A stretch of 42,505 nucleotides of DNA from a virus. Each line of letters begins with the position of its first letter. Positions within the stretch are counted from its first letter, which is position 1. The notes below the pieces were generated by a model that saw nothing but the letters and a program-made list of their open reading frames with translations, had not been told where the DNA came from and did no database searches. Made by a program: the position numbers and the translations under genes. Shown piece after piece: positions 34,404 to 42,376 of the stretch. The stretch lies in IMG/VR virus record IMGVR_UViG_3300023443_000233, one strand, 5' to 3'.

Positions 34404-36146
34404 ATGTTGAAATCAAGTATTAAATTCAATGAAGCTTTCGAGAAAAACGAACGTAAAATTTATGCACGGATCACTATTAATGATCAGTCATTTACTGAAG
34501 CTGATATTTTCAATATAAAATTTGAATCTGGAAGTATAAACGGACCTGGTTATCAAATCGGGTCTGTTTTTTCTGATTATGTTTCTATCACGCTTGACAA
34601 GATAGTTCGCGGAATCAGTGAACTAGACAAAGTAATTGTTGAGTTGGGTATTGAACGGGAACAAAAAACAGGTTCTGAAGCAAGAAAATATGTGAATAAG
34701 ACTAACAAAATGAGAATAGGCAGCTATCTGAACAAGATTTTTTATGATAACCCAATCGAGTACGTTCGGTTAGGCACTTTTTTTGTTAGCGAGCATGTAG
34801 ATGTTGACGAGAATGAAAAAACAACAACTATAAATTGTATGGACTCAGTTTTGTTTCTGGAAGGCACATACAATCCAACGGTAACTTTCCCAGCCAAGCT
34901 ATTTGATGTAGCCGCAGATGCGTGCTATCAAGCAGGTGTTGCCATGGATGTTGAAACATTCTTACAACTGCCAGATAAAAAAATCACAACTATACCAACA
35001 GACTTAACCATTAGGCAAATGTTGGGTTATATTTCCCAGTACGTAGCAGGATACATCAAGTTTTCTAAATATGATGTACTTCAACTAAAGAGTGGTAGCG
35101 ATACTGTGAAGATTATCAATACAGATTTGTACTATTCGAAAGGCCTAAGCAAAAATGATTTGAAATATAAAATCAGTGGATTGACAAATTCCCCAGCGGG
35201 CGATTCGGCTAGTATAACAGTTGGATCTACCACAGGTAATCAATTAGAAATCGATAATCCATTTGTTAGTAAAGCTGATTTGCAAGACATATTCTCGCTG
35301 CTTAGCTCGATCGAGTATTATCCATTCAATATTGAATGGCGTGGTATCCCTTCGATAGAAGCAGGAGACTGGATGATTGTCGAAGATATCGAAGGCAATC
35401 AATACAAGATACCTAATTTGAAATACACGCTGTCCTATAACGGAGGGTTGCGTGCAACTAGTTCAGCAGAAGCAGAAGCAGTTTCGAACGCAACAACAGC
35501 ATATAAGAGTAAAGCTGATTCTGGGGTCAAAGCTGTAGCAGCTCAAGTTGCAAGTGTTAAAAATGAAATGATCGACAAAGAAAAAATCATTGAGCAGATT
35601 AATTTGTCTGAAGAAAAAGATCCCGACAACAATCCTTTACGAATAAATCCTAGAAAAGTAAGAATAAATGCAAACACTGAAATCGATGACAGCTCTATTT
35701 CGGGAGAAAAAATTGCTGATATTCAAGCTGAAAAACTCAAAGGGGAATTTAACGGAAATGGACTAAAGATAAACTTTGATGAACAGTTCATCGAATCTAA
35801 GATTGATGATGAAAATAAAGTTAAATTTTCTGACGGGATGGTTTCTCTACATAACGCTAGCGAAATTATCTCGAATTTATCTGCGGATCAAATAAGCAAT
35901 CCGGTTATATTTGATGGCGATTTAGCAATACAAGCTATCAAAAATACCGATATAGTTTCGTTTGATTATTTGGCAAATGGAAATAATGGATTGGGAATAC
36001 TACTTTCTGAAGAGTTCGTGGCAGATAGTTCTGTTTTAGATTTAGAAGGAAATGTTTCAGAGTCAAAACTAATATATTTACTTTTTTCAGCTATAAAAAA
36101 CTTGGAAAGTAGAATTGAAGAATTAGAAAGGGTAGGTGAAGGATAA
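34404..36146 (+). CDS. Tail-associated (Tal / prophage tail endopeptidase-type) protein
   Basis: ATG 34404 lies 7 nt after GAGGAG. About 580 aa in the Tal position. Coiled-coil C-terminus. Confidence 0.7.
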   Translation: MLKSSIKFNEAFEKNERKIYARITINDQSFTEADIFNIKFESGSINGPGYQIGSVFSDYVSITLDKIVRGISELDKVIVELGIEREQKTGSEARKYVNKTNKMRIGSYLNKIFYDNPIEYVRLGTFFVSEHVDVDENEKTTTINCMDSVLFLEGTYNPTVTFPAKLFDVAADACYQAGVAMDVETFLQLPDKKITTIPTDLTIRQMLGYISQYVAGYIKFSKYDVLQLKSGSDTVKIINTDLYYSKGLSKNDLKYKISGLTNSPAGDSASITVGSTTGNQLEIDNPFVSKADLQDIFSLLSSIEYYPFNIEWRGIPSIEAGDWMIVEDIEGNQYKIPNLKYTLSYNGGLRATSSAEAEAVSNATTAYKSKADSGVKAVAAQVASVKNEMIDKEKIIEQINLSEEKDPDNNPLRINPRKVRINANTEIDDSSISGEKIADIQAEKLKGEFNGNGLKINFDEQFIESKIDDENKVKFSDGMVSLHNASEIISNLSADQISNPVIFDGDLAIQAIKNTDIVSFDYLANGNNGLGILLSEEFVADSSVLDLEGNVSESKLIYLLFSAIKNLESRIEELERVGEG

Positions 36147-37694
36147 ATGGCATATCAAAGACATTACTGGAATGATTACGATGAGAGCAAAACTGAGGCG
36201 CAGAATATTGAGGCTGGCGCAGTTGTGACAACTGAAAAATTGAATGAAATTGAAGAAGGAATTGTTCGAAACTATAATGAACTTGAAATAAAAAAAATGG
36301 ACAAAGGCGGAAACGAACAAGTTACGATGACAATGCTATCACAACAAGTAAAAGAAGCGATGACAGGAGGAAGCGTGGCAGTTGTCGGCGAAGGAGCGGT
36401 CAACGTCAGTAATATTGTTCCAAGAGCGGTAACACCTAGCAAGACAAGTTTCTTCACTAAAAGGTCTGACACTCTGTTTGATGGAGAGTGGGCCAATAGT
36501 TTTTATCTGTCGGGATCAGCCAATACAATGAAACTAACCCGAACAGCAGGATTCAAAACAATGATAGTTCCTTGCTCACCAAACACTACCTATACCATAA
36601 TCAAAGAACCTATAGCTGCGGAAGATGGAAATTGGTATTTTAAAATAGCAACATCCAGCATGACAGTGGATTCCTTAAAAAACATTACAGAATCAACAGA
36701 TATCAACAGTTACTATCAATTTTCTGCAACAAATATTGATACAACATTAAAAACATTTTTGACAGGTCCAAACGATAAATCAATCGTTATTGTATGTGCG
36801 AAGTCTGCCAACCCATACACCGAATTATTGGTAGGAATCCAAACTGATTTCAAATACAATGATTATAATAAAATGTTTGATTTAACAGTTGATATACCTG
36901 AAAAGAGAATGTTCTTTACCAAGAATGGGGATATTCTTTTTATTTATACCCATCAAAAAAATGGATGGCTTAGACATACGTACGAAAGATTTATTGATAA
37001 TAGCATTAATGTAGATGTTTGGAGAGCAACCGATGTTTACGTTTGTTCGGTTAATTTCGATCCTCTATATAGCATTACCACGGGGGATAACGAAGGGGTC
37101 ATAAGGTTAGACGGTGAAAGCGATTATATTGGCGGATGGCATGGAGACGAGATAGGGCAAGATGTCTTCATTTATGTAGATGACAATTTAATCACTTCAA
37201 GCAGTAATTTAAGCGGCTATTGTGATAAAGTTCAAATAATCGTCAAGTCAGATATCTATCATGCGGATACTCAAAACTTAGCTTTTATCAAATACAAAGA
37301 TGTTACTTATAAGGGAAACGAAATACTTATTAAATGCCGTTGGATTGCGCAAAGCGGTTTTACTGTGCAGCATATACGGGCTGGAATTTATAGTATATAC
37401 AAGGAGCACAATGGGATTCCGTTAGTAAGTACCATGAGAAATAACGACACATATCTTATCGATGAACCCGTGCATGGTATAGGGGGAGCAGCAACCATTC
37501 AGAATATAATTATGAATGGTAACATCCACTTAAATGTAGAATTAGAAGATTCTAACAGTCAGCAACGATGGGGGAGTATTACAGACTTTGGCACTAGATA
37601 TAAGATATATTTAGACAGTTTTGTGAACCAAATTGTGGCGAAAAACGAACCTTTAAACACGTCAGTTAGAATATATTTAAAGCTAACCGATTAG
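36147..37694 (+). CDS. Tail fibre / receptor-binding protein
   Basis: 515 aa. The N-terminus HYWNDYDE ... VVTTEKLNEIEEGIV is a conserved fibre-attachment motif of Lactobacillales phages. The C-terminal part is divergent. Confidence 0.7.
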   Translation: MAYQRHYWNDYDESKTEAQNIEAGAVVTTEKLNEIEEGIVRNYNELEIKKMDKGGNEQVTMTMLSQQVKEAMTGGSVAVVGEGAVNVSNIVPRAVTPSKTSFFTKRSDTLFDGEWANSFYLSGSANTMKLTRTAGFKTMIVPCSPNTTYTIIKEPIAAEDGNWYFKIATSSMTVDSLKNITESTDINSYYQFSATNIDTTLKTFLTGPNDKSIVIVCAKSANPYTELLVGIQTDFKYNDYNKMFDLTVDIPEKRMFFTKNGDILFIYTHQKNGWLRHTYERFIDNSINVDVWRATDVYVCSVNFDPLYSITTGDNEGVIRLDGESDYIGGWHGDEIGQDVFIYVDDNLITSSSNLSGYCDKVQIIVKSDIYHADTQNLAFIKYKDVTYKGNEILIKCRWIAQSGFTVQHIRAGIYSIYKEHNGIPLVSTMRNNDTYLIDEPVHGIGGAATIQNIIMNGNIHLNVELEDSNSQQRWGSITDFGTRYKIYLDSFVNQIVAKNEPLNTSVRIYLKLTD

Positions 37695-37715
37695 AAACCT
37701 GAATGGAGTACAATA

Positions 37716-37796
37716 ATGAAACCATATCAAATCTGGCGGACAATCATTCTTGGTTGTCTGCTTTTTTGGCTAGTAGTGTTGTGGATTATATTTTAG
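37716..37796 (+). CDS. 26-aa hydrophobic peptide
   Basis: Sequence MKPYQIWRTIILGCLLFWLVVLWIIF. GGAG lies 8 nt upstream. Confidence 0.3.
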   Translation: MKPYQIWRTIILGCLLFWLVVLWIIF

Positions 37797-37831
37797 GAAA
37801 GTGCGCTTTATAAAATAAGGAGATGGCATAA

Positions 37832-38002
37832 ATGATCAGGGCAGAAAATTTATCAAAAAAAGCTTTTAAAGCTGATCCAGATGGGCAAAAGAAAATTAAG
37901 CTATTTTTAAAAAACTTCCAAAATGATATTATTGAGAAAAAAACTGGAGGTTATGAGGTTGAAAATACTAAATATGAAAGAACAGGAAATGAAAGTCCTT
38001 AA
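37832..38002 (+). CDS. Hypothetical 56-aa basic protein
   Basis: AAGGAG lies 8 nt upstream of the ATG. Located in an AT-rich island. Confidence 0.4.
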   Translation: MIRAENLSKKAFKADPDGQKKIKLFLKNFQNDIIEKKTGGYEVENTKYERTGNESP

Positions 38003-38046
38003 CAGCCCATTAGGAAGAAAAAATTAAACTGATTGATATAAAAATT

Positions 38047-38160
38047 ATGAAGAGGTGGAATCAAAATATTGAGGTTGAAGATATATTTGATATGAGTACT
38101 ATTCAGGATTCTGAAAAGATCAGCTATTTAGTACTTACACCCGAAAATTTTGATAAGTAG
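38047..38160 (+). CDS. Hypothetical 37-aa acidic protein
   Basis: Short ORF with no clear RBS, followed by a terminator. Confidence 0.25.
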   Translation: MKRWNQNIEVEDIFDMSTIQDSEKISYLVLTPENFDK

Positions 38161-38166
38161 TAAATT

Positions 38167-38198
38167 AAGCACGCTCAATCGAGTGTGCTTTTTATTTT
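38167..38198 (+). terminator. Rho-independent terminator separating the tail and lysis modules
   Basis: AAGCACGCTC pairs with GAGTGTGCTT (10 bp, one G-U) around loop AATC, followed by TTTATTTT. Confidence 0.75.
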
Positions 38199-38215
38199 AG
38201 GGAAGTAGGTGGCAT

Positions 38216-38647
38216 ATGCGGGAATTAATTAGATATACACTCGGATATATTAACAAACGAAGTACTTCTTTCGCTTTCTCTCTAGGTTCAATCGCCTATG
38301 GCTTCTACCACTTTTTCAACTCAAACATCCTTTCATATTCAAACGCTTATGCGGCTATCAATAATATCTTCGGATTTATCGGTGGTCGTTATTTTGGTTT
38401 GATGTTTATCATTATCGGCGCTCTGAAAGTGTTTGGATTGATAATTGATAATGTGTATCTCAAACTCCCTTTATACTTTGTTCTATTATTCCTATGGATT
38501 TTGCTTGGATTGTGTTTCTTAATTACATTTCTTGAAGGTAGCACAAACCCCTCTTTTATTTACTGTTTCATTATTGCTGCCGAGAGTACCAACATAATTA
38601 AGGCGCACCAACAAGAAATCGTAATAAAGGATGGATCGGATGGATAA
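38216..38647 (+). CDS. Polytopic membrane protein (about 4 TM) at the head of the lysis module
   Basis: 143 aa with four hydrophobic segments. RBS GGAAGTAGGTGG. Confidence 0.7.
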   Translation: MRELIRYTLGYINKRSTSFAFSLGSIAYGFYHFFNSNILSYSNAYAAINNIFGFIGGRYFGLMFIIIGALKVFGLIIDNVYLKLPLYFVLLFLWILLGLCFLITFLEGSTNPSFIYCFIIAAESTNIIKAHQQEIVIKDGSDG

Positions 38648-39047
38648 GTTTTGGGAAAGTGGATTTCCGCAGATTATTACTTTGGTGGGGCTGTTTGTCA
38701 CAGCTTATCTTGGTCCAAAGGCAGTAGCTAAAGTTCAAGGGAAAAACAAAGTAGATGAAGTGAAAACAGAAGGCGATAACACAACGGAATCAATGTACAT
38801 CCAAGAAATGAAGACTATTATCTCTGAATACAAAGAGCAAGTTAAAGGGTTCAAAGAAGAATTAGCGGCGGTTCGAACGGAGTTTGCCGAATTCAAGCAA
38901 ACTCACGAAAAAGAAGTTAAGGACTATCGGGAACAGATTGGATTTCTTGAGTTGCAAGTGGAAGAACGAGACGAACGAATCCAAGAGCTTGAAGGAGAAA
39001 ACGAAACATTAAAAAATGAGAACACTATTTTGAAAGGTGGAATTTAA
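38631..39047 (+). CDS. N-terminally anchored coiled-coil protein (lysis-associated)
   Basis: TM helix FPQIITLVGLFVTAYLG followed by an E/K-rich coiled coil. The start may be ATG 38640. Confidence 0.65.
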   Translation: MDRMDKFWESGFPQIITLVGLFVTAYLGPKAVAKVQGKNKVDEVKTEGDNTTESMYIQEMKTIISEYKEQVKGFKEELAAVRTEFAEFKQTHEKEVKDYREQIGFLELQVEERDERIQELEGENETLKNENTILKGGI

Positions 39048-39383
39048 ATGGAAGCATTACAGGATGTATTGTTAAACTTGTTGATTGTCGTTGTTGGTTT
39101 GGCGACAACTTTCATTGGACAAAAAGGAACGGCATATTTGAAGAGGAAAGGTGTGCTAGCTCAATTGGAAAGCAAGAAGAACTATGTAGATATTGTGGTA
39201 GCCGCTGTCCAGCAAGTGTACGCAGAAGCAAATGGAGATGCTAAGTTGCAAGAGGCCAAGGCTCAGTTAGTAGACTTATTTAACAAGAACGGGATCAAGT
39301 TCACCGAAGACGAGCTGAATCTGTTAATCGAATCAGCAGTAAAAGGGATGAAAGATGGCGTTGACCAAGGAGTGGCTGAATAA
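39048..39383 (+). CDS. Holin (LL-H-family type)
   Basis: 111 aa. A single N-terminal TM helix LLNLLIVVVGLATTFIG and a long helical C-terminus. Immediately upstream of the endolysin. Confidence 0.8.
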   Translation: MEALQDVLLNLLIVVVGLATTFIGQKGTAYLKRKGVLAQLESKKNYVDIVVAAVQQVYAEANGDAKLQEAKAQLVDLFNKNGIKFTEDELNLLIESAVKGMKDGVDQGVAE

Positions 39384-39418
39384 GCCGCTCTTTTTCTATA
39401 CCTAAAGGAGGAATATTT

Positions 39419-40399
39419 ATGACAATCCAATCAGTACACGCAGGACATGGCGGAAAGAAAAACGGAAATGCATGGACAGATCCAGGAGCGGTAGGCAACG
39501 GTTATAAAGAAGCGGATGTAGCGCGTACAATCACCGATTTAATGGTCAAGAAAACTGGCGCAAAAAACGTTACCGACAATACTAGCACGACATCAAATGG
39601 GATTATCAACAATGTAGCGGCGAACATCAACAAATGCGCTGACGGTTGGCAAATTTCTAACCACTTGAATGCCTTCAACGGAAAAGCTACGGGCGTGGAA
39701 GTCTTATATGGTTCAGCAAGCAATAAAGCAACAGCTGCTAAGGTATCTGCCGCAATTGCCAAAACATTAGGTTTAGTTGATCGTGGCGCCAAAGATGGCT
39801 CTTGGCTGGGAATCGCTCGTAACTCGGGATCAGGTAAAAAAGTCCTGTTGATCGAATGGGGATTTATCGACAACGCATCCGATATGAAAGCTTTATTCGC
39901 TAAAATGGATGCAGCAGTTAATGCGGCGCTGGCTGTGTTCGGATATTCTGCAAATTCATCTAGCAACAACAATGAATCCACAAGCAAGCCGGCTGCTCCA
40001 ACAAGTTTTAAAGTAGGAGACAAGGTGAAAATCACTGATGCGCTATACAAGGATAGTACAGGCGCTGGTCGGTCGACTGCTAGTCGCGGTAAAACTGGCA
40101 CAATCAAGCGTGTGGTCAGCGGTAACAAACCATATTTGATTGATAGCCTGGGTTGGGCCCACAAGAACGATATTCAACTGGCTACCAGCTCAACTACAAA
40201 CGCTACTAAAAAAGTAGGCGATACAGTAACAGTGCAAAGTCATGCCACTCAATATCAAACCGGGCAAAACATTCCTACGTGGGTTAAAGGTAAGAAGTAT
40301 AAAATCAAACAGATTAAATCCGTTAACCAATCTAAATCTAAAAAAGCATACTTGCTGGACGGAATCAATTCTTGGTTCTTGGAGCAAGATGTTAAGTAA
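39419..40399 (+). CDS. Endolysin: N-acetylmuramoyl-L-alanine amidase (Amidase_3) with two SH3-like wall-binding repeats
   Basis: Catalytic pattern HAGHGG ... DPGAVG ... NHLNAFNGKATGVEVLY ... LIEWGFIDN. There are two C-terminal repeats, each starting (F/K)KVGD. Confidence 0.95.
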   Translation: MTIQSVHAGHGGKKNGNAWTDPGAVGNGYKEADVARTITDLMVKKTGAKNVTDNTSTTSNGIINNVAANINKCADGWQISNHLNAFNGKATGVEVLYGSASNKATAAKVSAAIAKTLGLVDRGAKDGSWLGIARNSGSGKKVLLIEWGFIDNASDMKALFAKMDAAVNAALAVFGYSANSSSNNNESTSKPAAPTSFKVGDKVKITDALYKDSTGAGRSTASRGKTGTIKRVVSGNKPYLIDSLGWAHKNDIQLATSSTTNATKKVGDTVTVQSHATQYQTGQNIPTWVKGKKYKIKQIKSVNQSKSKKAYLLDGINSWFLEQDVK

Positions 40400-40406
40400 C
40401 ACAAAT

Positions 40407-40438
40407 CCCCCTTACTCGTTTGAGTAGGGGACTTTTTT
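40407..40438. terminator. Bidirectional terminator between the endolysin and the convergent accessory gene
   Basis: CCCCCTTACTC pairs with GAGTAGGGG (one bulge), followed by ACTTTTTT. Confidence 0.7.
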
Positions 40439-41072
40439 ATTTAATTCTACTGTATTGAGCATTGAAATTTTCTTGAGTTAAAATTGCTACACGCTTTATT
40501 TTTTTTATAGACGCAGTGATATTATCAATGTCATCTAGATATCTTTTGTATAAGAACCACTTTGGAATTGGACCAACAGTACTTACATCAACTTTTTCTA
40601 TTAACTTACCGGCAACTTGACTTACGTATGAACGAGTAGGAGTAACATAAAATTGGTTTTCAGTAAATTCAAAAATCGGATGTGCTGTTCCAACGCCAGA
40701 ATGAATTTGACTATATATAAATCCGCCGTTTGAGTTGTATCTTAAATCAAAACCTTGCAATTCAGGCTGATATGCTCTTCCATCAACATATCTTGTAATA
40801 AGTAACATTTTTACTTCAATGTCCAATGAATCATAAGAAAAAACACTATCTAATCTATCCAACTCATTTTTAGTGAAAGTATTGTCATTTTCTAAAAAAT
40901 TATAGTAATCGTTAATCTTCTTTGCGTTAGCCAAACTCATTTTTAATATATCTGTTTCTCCTCTCCGATATTTGTTTATATTTTGGCTGGTTATGCCTGT
41001 GTATTCCTCAATTTTTGATGTTGGGATATTTGATGATAATAATTCTCTTATGTTTTCCAAAATCTGATCCAT
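40437..41072 (-). CDS. HTH protein with a C-terminal domain of unknown function (accessory gene)
   Basis: 211 aa. The N-terminal XRE-like HTH is IEEYTGITSQNINKYRRGE. The remaining roughly 150 aa are unrecognised. It has its own promoter and RBS AAGAGGTGA. Confidence 0.8.
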   Translation of the reverse strand: MDQILENIRELLSSNIPTSKIEEYTGITSQNINKYRRGETDILKMSLANAKKINDYYNFLENDNTFTKNELDRLDSVFSYDSLDIEVKMLLITRYVDGRAYQPELQGFDLRYNSNGGFIYSQIHSGVGTAHPIFEFTENQFYVTPTRSYVSQVAGKLIEKVDVSTVGPIPKWFLYKRYLDDIDNITASIKKIKRVAILTQENFNAQYSRIK

Positions 41073-41101
41073 TTAAATCACCTCTTAATTATTTTAAATA
41101 C

Positions 41102-41130
41102 ATAATATCAGAAACTTCAGTTTCTGTAAA
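41102..41130 (-). promoter_or_regulatory. Sigma-A-type promoter TTTACA-17-TATTAT with dyad CAGAAAC-N4-GTTTCTG in the spacer
   Basis: On the minus strand the -35 is at 41130-41125 and the -10 at 41107-41102. The dyad spans 41109-41126. It lies about 30 nt upstream of ATG 41072. Confidence 0.6.
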
Positions 41131-41200
41131 GTTATAAAAATACGAATTTAAGTGTTTTTGGAAATTATAGTTTCTTAAAGGTGGCGAGAAAACAATAATT

Positions 41201-41467
41201 TTACCTTGAAAACTCTCTTCTAGCTGCTTCAAACTCAATCATAATCTTCGTCTTACCAATCACCGAATACTTCTTCACAACAAATTGTTTCCTACTATTA
41301 TACTCACCAGCAACCACGATCTGCATTCCTTCGTCTACATCAGCTAAAAAGTTTAAGCTGTGTGCTGCAATTAAACAATTCACTCCATCAAGCGAGAAAC
41401 GCACTAAAGGGATTTTCGCCATCTTCAACACACGTATCTTCGATACAGTACCTTTCAATGATTTCAT
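41201..41467 (-). CDS. OB-fold-like small protein (4th gene of the LexA-box operon)
   Basis: ATG 41467 lies 8 nt after GGAGG. The pattern LKGTVSKIRVL ... VRFSLDGVNCLIAA ... DEGMQIVVAGEY ... FVVKKY resembles tRNA_anti/DnaE-type OB domains. Confidence 0.6.
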   Translation of the reverse strand: MKSLKGTVSKIRVLKMAKIPLVRFSLDGVNCLIAAHSLNFLADVDEGMQIVVAGEYNSRKQFVVKKYSVIGKTKIMIEFEAARREFSR

Positions 41468-41654
41468 TACAATCGCCTCCATAGCGTTGTACATAATAGC
41501 GACAATCCGTTTTACCTAAAGTGACAACAACATAAAACTCGACACATTTTGCGCCGTATAAAGCTTCCTGTGACTCAGAAATACTGTACGGAAAATCATT
41601 TATAAACTCAGAGAAAGATAGGTAGCCCTGCTCATATTGACTGATTATGTTCAT
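41388..41654 (-). CDS. Hypothetical protein (3rd gene of the LexA-box operon)
   Basis: ATG 41654 lies 1 nt after the upstream TGA. The 3' 80 nt overlap the next gene out of frame. Confidence 0.5.
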   Translation of the reverse strand: MNIISQYEQGYLSFSEFINDFPYSISESQEALYGAKCVEFYVVVTLGKTDCRYYVQRYGGDCNEIIERYCIEDTCVEDGENPFSAFLA

Positions 41655-41655
41655 A

Positions 41656-41955
41656 TCAGTTACCGCCGGGCCTATACTTTGTGTTAGGATCGTATTTTCT
41701 AAGAATCTTGTTTTGAGTCCTAACGTGATCGAACAGATAATTTTCACCGTCTATTTTAAATACAAAAGCCAACTCTTCCGAATAATGACTATAGCTGATG
41801 GGTACAGTGAAATAGGGTTTCCCAAAATTTTCCATTGTCCTAACAAACTGGTCATACATGAAATGTGCTGGACCCATCCTCTCGATAAACTCGTAGTAAT
41901 ATCTTTCTAATGCGTAGGTTCTTTGATGCGCTAATGGTATTTGCATATCAATCAC
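41656..41955 (-). CDS. Hypothetical protein (2nd gene of the LexA-box operon)
   Basis: 99-aa ORF starting 3 nt after the upstream stop. Confidence 0.65.
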   Translation of the reverse strand: MIDMQIPLAHQRTYALERYYYEFIERMGPAHFMYDQFVRTMENFGKPYFTVPISYSHYSEELAFVFKIDGENYLFDHVRTQNKILRKYDPNTKYRPGGN

Positions 41956-41957
41956 TC

Positions 41958-42287
41958 CTATTCCATTTCGACATCAGCAAGAGAATCTGACAGTACTTCA
42001 AACAGATTTCTACTTTCCATAAATTTAAGCCAATCATTGTAAGGGTCTAATGATTGACTATTTGGAATCTTATCCATATTTTTAACAGTCTGATAGATAT
42101 TTTGTGCAGCTTGATCCCACATACCGTTAATTGCTTTGTTAACTTTTTTATCGTTCCACTTAGCCTTTCCGGAACGCAGTTTATTCTTAGCAATTTGGAA
42201 TTCCTCGGCTTTTTGCATAAATACTTCGTAACCGGATAGACGGTTTTTCAAAAGGCTTTTAAAATCATTATATTTCAATTTGACCAC
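41958..42287 (-). CDS. Hypothetical helical protein (1st gene of the LexA-box operon; the start may be TTG 42278)
   Basis: 109-aa ORF. GAGGAG abuts GTG 42287 and lies 9 nt from TTG 42278. Confidence 0.7.
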   Translation of the reverse strand: MVKLKYNDFKSLLKNRLSGYEVFMQKAEEFQIAKNKLRSGKAKWNDKKVNKAINGMWDQAAQNIYQTVKNMDKIPNSQSLDPYNDWLKFMESRNLFEVLSDSLADVEME

Positions 42288-42309
42288 TCCTCTTGTTTAA
42301 TTCTTCTTC

Positions 42310-42338
42310 AGTATACGAACGTTTGTTCGTTTTGTAAA
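42310..42338 (-). promoter_or_regulatory. Sigma-A promoter TTTACA-17-TATACT with a perfect LexA (Cheo) box CGAACAAACGTTCG in the spacer
   Basis: On the minus strand the -35 is at 42338-42333 and the -10 at 42315-42310. The box at 42316-42329 matches CGAAC-N4-GTTCG exactly. Confidence 0.75.
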
Positions 42339-42357
42339 GGGATTAAAGAAAGAATAG

Positions 42358-42376
42358 GGGGCAAAAAAGGGGCAAA
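42358..42376. repeat. 19-nt direct repeat GGGGCAAAAAAGGGGCAAA (other copy 211-229)
   Basis: Exact 19-nt match, 214 bp from the other copy on the circular map. Confidence 0.5.

Larger units (their letters stand above)
1..42361. mobile_element. Complete temperate siphovirus / prophage genome unit (period 42,361 bp)
   Basis: All canonical modules are present in order: lysogeny 230-3701, early/replication 3716-16825, packaging 19613-21326, head 21340-26225, neck/tail 26237-37694, lysis 38216-40399, accessory 40437-42338. Bases 1-144 recur exactly at 42362-42505. Confidence 0.9.

Noticed and set aside
39502-40164. 220-aa minus-strand ORF
   Set aside because: It lies entirely antisense within the well-supported amidase gene. 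Its composition is low-complexity and Leu/Pro/Ala-rich, typical of a shadow ORF.
41647-42239. Plus-strand ORFs 41647-41910 and 42054-42239
   Set aside because: They are antisense to the tightly coupled minus-strand operon, with Phe/Ile-rich shadow composition and no RBS.
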